Origin: Octopus vulgaris
Taxonomy: Eukaryota
Direction of reading: 5' to 3'
Assembly (NCBI GenBank): GCA_951406725.2
Contig: OX597820.1
Span: forward strand, 38,998,001 to 39,062,000
DNA length: 64,000 bases
Part shown: positions 55,704-64,000 of the stretch, piece after piece
Layout: each line of letters opens with the position of its first letter
How positions within the stretch are numbered: the first letter of the stretch is position 1
Position numbers and translations under genes: made by a program
Notes under the pieces: model-generated
Seen by the model: the letters and a program-made list of their open reading frames with translations, nothing else
The model's database searches: none
Told to the model about the DNA's origin: nothing

Positions 55704-55705
<2 letters not shown>
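53320..55705 (-). mobile_element. 5'-truncated Dong/R4-clade non-LTR retrotransposon inserted in (TAA)n
   Basis: RT, CCHC and REL domains, then a ~190-nt 3'UTR. (TAA)n on both sides (53161-53318 and 55706-55778). Confidence 0.92.
53514..55568 (-). pseudogene. Reverse transcriptase + CCHC + restriction-like endonuclease ORF with one in-frame stop (53919-53921)
   Basis: EQKG, WIDYKKAFDS, GIFQGDSLSP, YMDD, CRAC-x8-H-x4-C, RHD, RRDIILKD..LIDMTVP..K..KY. The two track ORFs are in the same frame (offset 405). Confidence 0.92.
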
Positions 55706-55778
<73 letters not shown>

Positions 55779-55779
55779 G

Positions 55780-56012
55780 CGTGAGTGAGCAGTGCATGCC
55801 GTCAAAGTGACGCTGGGGTAAAATATACGAAGCCCAGTATACCCATCATGACTACTCGATTGATAAGGGTACACCAGGCACATGCATCACAACCATATGT
55901 GTGCGACATGGTGATCTCATATCAAGATAAACAGCGCATGACCTTCCAGGTGGGGCACAGTTAGATTTTTCTTCTGGTCGAGTAGCCCATCCCGCTCAAA
56001 TGGTCCCTGAAA
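55780..56012. repeat. Probable short interspersed element abutting (TAA)n
   Basis: A GC-richer non-coding block between the TAA tract and the Tx1 relic. Family not determinable here. Confidence 0.4.
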
Positions 56013-56019
56013 AAATATT

Positions 56020-57480
56020 GTCTTCAATACCTGGCAGCCGAACGGGAGTGTTCCTGCATCCATGAGCCAGGGAGTGGTGGCACTCATCAGAAAGGGCCCA
56101 AACAAGGGGGTGTAATTGTCAACTTTAGGCCCCTCACTCCCTTTAAGGCAGAGTTGAAGATTCTGGCCAAAGTTGTAACGAAAAGATTGATGAAAGTCGT
56201 GGATAGTTTCATCGGGGAGGCACAAACCTGCGCCAAGCCAGGCAGGACCATACACGATAATCACCTTATACGCAATACATTATAACGGATAAATAAGGCT
56301 GGAACGTAGGTCCATTTAGACCAACTTAAAGCTTTTGATTTGGTAGACCATCAGTATCTGGTAGCAGCCCTCGAGGCGGTCAGTTTTAGCCCGACACTTT
56401 GCAGCTGGATCAACGCTTTATATATTAACATCAAGTCGGTATTTGGGGTGAACGGTTTCTTTTCGGAGCTGTTCAATATCGAACGCTATGTTCGTCAGGG
56501 TTGTCCACTCTGGCCCTGCTATATGTATTGGCTCTCGAGCCACTGCTGCAAAGATTGGAGGCGACGAGTGGAGACCCGCAAGACGTAGGGTGTGGAAAGT
56601 CACTCACTGCGAATCCAGGGACAATGACCTACAGGGGGTACGTGAGGCCCTAAATGATTATGAAGCGGTATCAGGAGCAAGAGTTAACCGGGATAAGTCG
56701 CTCGGCTTGCAGCTCTGCATCTGGAGAGGCAAGTCTGTGACGTCCAACAGCGTCGTCGAGAAAATGCTTGGAGTCTGGATTGGTTCAGACCTCCAGATAG
56801 AGAAGAATTGGAGCGAGATTACAGGCAGAGTGGCGTCTATAACTCAGATCTAGTCTCGGTGGAGGCTATCCCTGAAAGGGAGGGCGGAGGCGGCAAATGT
56901 GTATATCGCATCTGTCATTACCTAACTCCTAACCCGTGTCCCGTTCGTGCCCTGTTCGTGGCTAAACAAGTTGGAACGCATGCTGTTTAACGTCTTGCGA
57001 GAGGGTAGGCGGCCTCTTGTAAGGCGCTCTATCTGCTGCCAACAGCCGCTAAAGGGTGGGTTAGGGATGACGTGGCTAAAGATGCGCAAGCATGCGTTGA
57101 TGTTGAGGTATCTCTGGCTCGACCTCGATGGTGAATAGATGTAGTCTCGGTTGGTTGATGAGAGATTTCCCAGGCTTACCTCTTTTGGTGAACTGGAATG
57201 CTGAATCAGGCGTAGACTAAGGCTGGGAGCTTGGCAAGCAGAGTGTCGACAGGAGGTTGTGCTTCCCTCCCGAACGAGCAATGTCGAACGAGGAGGTACC
57301 ACCTTGGCCTACTATAGAGGGCTGCTAGAGGGCAAGTGTTATGACGGCCTGGGGGAGACTCTGGGTTTCGATGACAGTCAGCTTGCCAACCTGCTATGAA
57401 TGACTTTCGGCGTGGGATCTATGGGCAACTCCCAGAGATCCCTGGCGTGGCTGTGCGTCTGGAGTGCAGCATCCATGAAC
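56020..57480 (+). pseudogene. Tx1/L1-clade LINE RT relic
   Basis: QGVVALIRK..NFRP..ELKILAKVVTKRL..EAQTCAKPGRTIHDN, LDQLKAFDLVDHQYL, VNGFFSE..VRQGCPL, SGARVNRDKS, KMLGVWI, KGGLG. Many stops and the YADD region is not visible. Confidence 0.88.
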
Positions 57481-57525
57481 GAGGAACACTGCCGAATGCT
57501 TTCTGGTAATCAAATAAAGTAATGT

Positions 57526-58080
57526 TCAGATTTGTCTTTCTCCACTCCACTTACAGTCCTCTATAATTGTTCGGTTTACTAGAAGTTGCTCATTACAGCA
57601 ATACATCCTTCTCGGGCACCCTTTTTGTTTTTCTGGCAAGACATTGTTGTTTTCCAGGTGCTTTATAAGCCCGTTATAGATGACTGATATTAGGGTTTTG
57701 TAGGATGCTGATAGGCATGCTATTGTTCTGGAACTTTGTGGGTGTACTGTGTCTTTGTTTTGGGGAATTAGGGTGATTTGCTTTTCCAATATCCAGTTTG
57801 ATGTTGATTCTGGCTCATTTATCAATAAATTGAACGCTGCTGCTAAGTGTTAATGGGGTACTAGTGAAGTGTTTCAACTAGAAGTTGGGGACCTTGTATA
57901 TCCCCAGGGTTTTCCAGTTGCTGATACTCCTCAGTGTATCCATGATCTCTTGGCCTGTGATGGTGGGCCATATCTGTTGTTCTATTGTGTTTTTCCTTTC
58001 CTTTTCCCCGCTAATCCACTGAGCATTTTAGTTTTTTTCTTCCTTTTTTTTTGGTTTACTCCATATTGCTTCTCAGTATG
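57526..58080 (-). pseudogene. Older Dong/R4-like RT N-terminal fragment
   Basis: ITLIPQ..RTIACLSASYKTL..LPEKQKGCPRRMYCCNEQLLVNRTIIEDC resembles 55400-55700. Confidence 0.8.
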
Positions 58081-58124
58081 ACTGAATCACTGATGTTGTT
58101 GGCAATGGCATCTATCGATATAGC

Positions 58125-58335
58125 GCTGGCAGAATCGTTAGGACGCCTGGCCAAATGCTTAGCGGTATTTCATCTGTCTATACGTTCTGAGTTCAAATTC
58201 CGTCGAGGTCGGCTTTGCCTTTCATCCTTTCGGGGTCGGGAAATTAAGTACCAGTTACGCACTGTGGTCGATGTAACCGACTATCCCCCTCCACCAAAGT
58301 TTTCAGGCCTTGTGCCTATCGCAGAAAAGATTATT
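58125..58335 (+). mobile_element. Meta-domain SINE
   Basis: GCTGGCAGAATCGTTAG...GAGTTCAAATTCC...GCCTTTCATCCTTTCGGGGTCGG. Confidence 0.9.
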
Positions 58336-59334
58336 ATTATTAGTAATAGCTGTTGCTGCTGCTTTGGTAACACCGAGCATTGGCATGAAAGGAAGCTTCA
58401 ATTTTCGCTTTGGAAATTTGAACCTTTTTAGCATGTTGCATCTGAAATGAGACGTCTTTCCATTGAAATATTTTATTTAGTTACACGGAGGAACTAACCT
58501 ACATCTTTTTCACGAGTTTTTCGTTTTGCCCGATTTCTCAAGGATCTTTTTTTGTTTTAAAGTGCATGTACAAATTTCATTACTTACTTTTAAAGGAAAC
58601 TGGATCCCTGTTAAGGAATACTATTTTAACTGGAAAGAAATGTGTAAAAGAGAACTTCCCGAAAATAGTAAGGGAAATAAAGCGGAAGAAATAAATATAC
58701 AAACTGTTTCTTTTAGTCACTGATGTGGTGAAGACAACTGCTGTCAATGTTTCAGTAAACAACACTGTCATCTTTCAGATAGATTTCAGATGTACTGTTG
58801 GAAAAATAAGCATATTCGAAATGAAGAACCTGGTCAAAAACCTTACGAACAGGTAAAACTTCGAGGTAGACAAGAAAAATAACCGAAAGTTCAACAACAG
58901 AAACAACAGCAAAAATATTTCAGCACGAAACCAACAATTTTTATGGGAGGAAATGTATCGATACAACTGATCGTACAGAACTTGAATGGAATTTTATTTC
59001 AACAATTCCATAAGGATAATAGGTAATGATAACGTCGAGAGGATATGAACACAGAATGCAGAATGTAAAAAGCCGGTACAAATCGCCCGTGCTGGAAAGA
59101 TTCTGCTATTTCACCGTCTTTACAACAAACCATACAACAACGCAATGATAATAATAACAACAATGAACATATCAAAAAGTAGTTTACGTTTGTGTGTGAC
59201 AAAAATCAGTGTCCCTGGAAGGAAAATATCTCTAAGTTAGAAATTTTGCATGTGATGTAACAGCATTCAGCGTCAGGAAAGTTATGTAGGAGGGAGTAAA
59301 CGAAACGAAAAATAAAAGAGAGAAAAACAATCTG

Positions 59335-59452
59335 AGTGACTGTGCGGTAAGTAGCTTGCTAACAACCATATGTAGGTGTCTTCTACTAGAGCCTCGGGCC
59401 GGCCAAAGCCTTGTGATTTGATTTGGTATACAGAAACTGAAAGAAACTCGTC

Positions 59453-59496
<44 letters not shown>

Positions 59497-59625
59497 GGGT
59501 GTTGTGAATGTGTGTGTATGTGTTTGTCTCCCAATATCGCTTGACAACCGATGCTGGTGTATCTACGTCTACAAGCGGTACTCCAGCATGGCCAGAGTTA
59601 AATTACTGAAACAAGTAAAAGAGTA
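59335..59625 (+). mobile_element. OK/OR-like SINE with internal microsatellite
   Basis: TGTCTTCTACTAGAGCCTCGGGCCGGCCAAAGCCTTGTG...GCTTGACAACCGATGCTGGTGT. Confidence 0.7.
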
Positions 59626-60914
59626 AATGTTCCAACTGAATAGAGCAGAGGTTGTAACATCCAAAAACTGAAATATAGGTGCAAGAGATGCAGTTCGAAA
59701 TAATAGACTGCGTTGCAGGCAATGAATTTGGAATACTTGTAGCCATTTAAAATGCAAGATGGGGGTAGAATTGTGGAAATAACTGCTTGATCATCTCAAG
59801 AGCTGATCATTCTATTTGAAAGCAGAAAATACTGAAAAATCATACTGAACAAGTACGAAGCAAGACTAGCATGATCGGAGGAACAAGAAGGGTTTAAAGA
59901 AAATTGAATGTGTACTGACAAAGCAAAATGTAAATATCGCTAAAGTTTCAGTTACTGATCATCCCTGAGTGCCTGGCAGACCGATTGTTATCGAAAGGTT
60001 AAAAGAAATAGAGTGGGATAGGAAAATCTGAAATGCAACAAAGGCAACAATTAAGAAGCGTAGAAAGGTTCACAACATGTAGCAACGCCACAGTTAAAAT
60101 CACCCCAAAAATCAATTGCCTGTACATCACTGGCACTCATCTAGCTTTTAAATCTGGCTAGAACTTAGAATACCCTCAAATAATCCGATTCGTTGGTAGT
60201 GAAAATGCTGCCAAGAAGGAAATGAGAACAGAAGGATATGTACTATGGTAAGAATCACTGAAGGAGGTGCGGTCAAACAGGTCAACTACTCAACAAACTA
60301 ACAGCCATCACAACAATAACAATATCCACAATAACACGAACAATAACATTAACAACAACAAAATCAGAGCATCAACAGAGCAACAAAAGTATCAGAAAAA
60401 GAAACTACAAGCAAAATAACGACTAGAGAAATCCACAGCGATAGCAAAAGATTCACAAAAAACGGCAGTAGTAGATGCCAAATTGACTATAATTATAGCA
60501 ACAACTAAAAGATAAGCCCATAAACTAAGCATCTCTCTGAAAGTTTAAAGAGAATTTGATTGAGTATGTATGCTCCAAAAGAGACACTATTTGTACTTCA
60601 GGTGGGGTCCCGAACAAAATAACCATAAGAAACCCCACAATTAAGAATTCTTGTGTATCGCCCCCTTCGGAGAATTTACTCGACGTGAAAAGCTTTAAAC
60701 ATCTTTTAAATAAAGGATTTTGGCGGTCCCTTACTAAGCTATCTATAAAGAAAACCGGGAAATCAGACAATCACCTTTACTTGTCTTTTTCGATTTCACC
60801 TGCAATATAAACTTAGGTCGCTTGAGGTTGGCTTCGAAGCATGCAATCTTGCTCCACGACTTCAGACCACTAAGTCTAGATGAGCCAATTAACAAATATT
60901 ATAATTTTAACATT

Positions 60915-61541
60915 AAAGCAGTAAGCTGGTAGAATCGTTACCACACCGGCCAGAATGCTTAGATCTATTTCCTTCATTTTTACATTCTGGGTTCAAATTG
61001 CGTCGAGGTCGAATTTTGCCTTCCGTTCTCTCTGGGTTTCACTAGAATCAGTACACCACAAAATGTCAGGCCATACATCAATCGTAGACAGGATTATTAT
61101 TATTATCGAAGTTGAAGGCGGCGAGCTGGCAGAATCGTTAGCACGCTGGACGAAATGCTTAGAGGTATCTCGCATGTCACTACGTCCTAAGTTCAAACAC
61201 TGCCGAGATCGACTTTGCCTTTCATCCTTTCGGGCTTGATAAATTAAGAACCAGTGAATGTCGATGTAATCAACTTATTCCCTCCCCAGAGAAGTGGCTA
61301 CCCTTGTGGAAAAATTTGAAACAATTATTATTATTGAAAATGGCGAGATGGCAGAATTGTTGACAAATTTGACAGTACGCTTAGCGGGATTTCTTCCGAC
61401 TTATAACGTTTTGAGTTCAAATGCTGTGGAGGACGGCTTAACTTTTCGTTATTTCGGAATTGATAAAATAACTACCAGTTACACACAGAGCTTAATGTAA
61501 TCACCTTGTTCCCTCCCACCACAAAACAAATTCTGGCCTTG

Positions 61542-61545
<4 letters not shown>
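60915..61545 (+). mobile_element. Three tandem Meta-domain SINE copies ending in (TTA)n
   Basis: Heads near 60917, 61116 and 61341. Confidence 0.8.
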
Positions 61546-61623
<78 letters not shown>

Positions 61624-62271
61624 TAATTTCGCTATCCTGCATAAAGATATACAGAAACTGTTATAGCCCTGTTAACTCATCTGGACAAAATTATTTATTC
61701 TTTGTCCACCTAAAATGCTTGAATATCAAACAGAAAACCGACCTATAGAAGTTTTCCCTTCTTTTTGGTTTGGCGTTATCCGTATATTTAGAAACAAAAT
61801 TTAATTTGTTTCTCAGATGCTTCTGCTTTTTGTCCAAAGCTCTCATGAGCGCATTGCAGATATATCATGGAGAAATTTGGCACTCTGTTGAGACATTAGT
61901 TATTTTAATGTCTAAGTAGATTCATTGAATGTTATTCTGCTACATTATTCTCCATTATCTTTTATTTTCAGATTTTCTCTGCTCACCCGTCAATTTGAAT
62001 TTAATTTATTACTCTCCTTTATATTTGTCAGCTTTCTTTATTTCTAGGATTGTATGTGATGTTGTTAGCTAGCATCATTTTCTGTTTATCTTGTTTCCTG
62101 TAGAAAAAAAATCTCTTTTCAAATTGTTCTTTCCATCTTAAAGAACATTCATGTGTTAAATCCATCTTCTTGGCTCAAACTAGCGATGGCGGCTCAAAGG
62201 CGGTCTCTCGATTTACTAGTAATACTAGTAGAAATTTTCTCTCTCTCCCACTCTCTCTCTCTTTCTCTCTG

Positions 62272-62328
<57 letters not shown>

Positions 62329-62655
62329 TAAATACACACAAACACACACAAGCTCTTCCGGCACACACTTTCCCTCTGAAATCCTACATTATCATCTAAA
62401 GAAGGACGGATATATTAGATCATATTATACTTCATGTCGCAAATGGGTTGTTCAGAGTCAGAACGCTTTGATTTTAACTAATCGATCAGAGGCTGCTTTC
62501 AGATAAACAGCAACCACAAAAGAAAAGGCAGCAACAAATACAACATCAACATCCGCCCCCCCTCACCTTGCTCAATGTTACTTCATCGATTCACTTCTTA
62601 CGAAACAGCCTTTAATTATAAAACAGCCGAATTTAAAGCTCCTGTAGATTCCATA

Positions 62656-62715
<60 letters not shown>

Positions 62716-62800
62716 AATGTAGGATAAATTTCTTTCGAAAAAAACAACTTTATTAATGGCCAGCATATTAAAAAATACCTTTAAAGGTTAAATTTATAAC

Positions 62801-62966
62801 TAACTTATAAAATAAGGACTAAAGAAAAATTCTAATGCCAAATATGTCGAAATTAGACAAATTGCCAATAACCATATAATTTATAATTATAATGGTTATT
62901 GACAATTTGTCTAATTTCGGCGTAAACGGCATTTGAATTTTTCCTTTGCCCTTATTTTATAAGTTA
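62801..62966. repeat. Imperfect ~166-bp palindrome between (TA)n tracts
   Basis: TAACTTATAAAATAAGG...CGAAATTAGACAAATTG versus CAATTTGTCTAATTTCG...CCTTATTTTATAAGTTA. Confidence 0.85.
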
Positions 62967-63274
62967 TATATATATATATATATATATAATTTCAACAATT
63001 GAGGGTAAAATTAATTAATTATTAATCAATTTCACCAAGTGTTCAGTATGCAAAGGGACCATTTAAGGCGAATTCAAATTATTACATTATATAAAAGGGC
63101 TTAGTAAAATAAATTACTTTGCCGCATACTGAACTCATTAGAAATAGCAGCTAAAAAACTTTTTTAAAACTATTTCTAATACTTAAAGAAAACCTCTCTC
63201 ATATAGTGTTTGCTCAACTCAACTCACGAAAGTTTGGGGGTAAAGACATCAAAAAATCAAATGCAAAGGTTATT

Positions 63275-63326
63275 TGAGAACGTACGTTTCAAGATTAGTC
63301 AACACGACACTTCTATCATCAGCTCA
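63275..63326 (-). ncRNA. Type I hammerhead ribozyme motif (unit 1)
   Basis: tgag-CTGATGA-tagaagtgtcgtgttgactaatctt-GAAA-cgtac-GTT|ctca with palindromic helix III AACGTACGTT. Confidence 0.8.
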
Positions 63327-63834
63327 GAAACTCCTTGGTTTGGATTTGAAAACACTGAAAGTGAGAGCATACCCTTTCGGCTTCTCATCGCTTTCGAAGA
63401 TCTGCTCGTAACTAACAGTGCCAACAAACTCAAATATGCAAGCGAAGAATTTCTGTTCTCCCCTTTCCACCAGCGTGGGTTAAAATCAGCAAACACTATG
63501 CTTATTTCGGTAAAATCCGAAGCATTAATTAGAGGGAGATTAATTATAATTTCAACAATTGAGGGTAAAATTAATTAATTATTAATCAATTTCACCAAGT
63601 GTTCAGTATGCAAAGGGACCATTTAAGGCGAATTCAAATTATTACATTATATAAAAGGGCTTAGTAAAATAAATTACTTTGCCGCATACTGAACTCATTA
63701 GAAATAGCAGCTAAAAAACTTTTTTAAAACTATTTCTAATACTTAAAGAAAACCTCTCTCATATAGTGTTTGCTCAACTCAACTCACGAAAGTTTGGGGG
63801 TAAAGACATCAAAAAATCAAATGCAAAGGTTATT

Positions 63835-63886
63835 TGAGAACGTACGTTTCAAGATTAGTCAACACGACACTTCTATCATCAGCTCA
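63835..63886 (-). ncRNA. Type I hammerhead ribozyme motif (unit 2)
   Basis: Identical to 63275-63326. Confidence 0.8.
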
Positions 63887-64000
63887 GAAACTCCTTGGTT
63901 TGGATTTGAAAACACTGAAAGTGAGAGCATACCCTTTCGGCTTCTCATCGCTTTCGAAGATCTGCTCGTAACTAACAGTGCCAACAAACTCAAATATGCA

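Larger units (their letters stand above)
62985..64000 (-). repeat. Identical 560-bp tandem repeat (at least 1.8 units, runs off the window) carrying a hammerhead per unit
   Basis: 62985-63440 equals 63545-64000 at offset 560. Confidence 0.95.

Noticed and set aside
63210-63578. 122-aa ORF in the tandem unit
   Set aside because: Non-ATG start, no recognisable domain, antisense to the ribozyme and crosses the repeat junction.

Overview
AT-rich animal DNA dominated by microsatellites and transposons. The mix of Meta-domain tRNA SINEs, OK/OR-like SINEs and (TA)n/(TACA)n/(TAA)n tracts suggests an octopus or other coleoid cephalopod genome (inference). No host protein-coding gene could be identified with confidence, and most ORFs in the track are translated microsatellites. 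Recognisable elements: a near-intact 5'-truncated Dong/R4-like LINE (RT plus restriction-like endonuclease) inside a (TAA)n tract, a Tx1/L1-like relic, three Penelope-like (PLE) coding relics, several mariner/Tc1 relics (one full length with TIRs and TA duplication), two non-autonomous Helitrons and many SINE clusters. The most striking unannotated layer is a dense set of minimal type I hammerhead ribozyme motifs, found by eye. About five loci have well-formed cores and several more are variant or decayed. They sit in small non-coding fold-back elements next to microsatellites. Highlights are a 419-bp perfect palindrome with one hammerhead per strand, a tRNA-headed SINE-like element carrying a hammerhead, and an identical 560-bp tandem repeat with one hammerhead per unit (retrozyme/circRNA-like). 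All RNA folds were assigned manually and none is tested.
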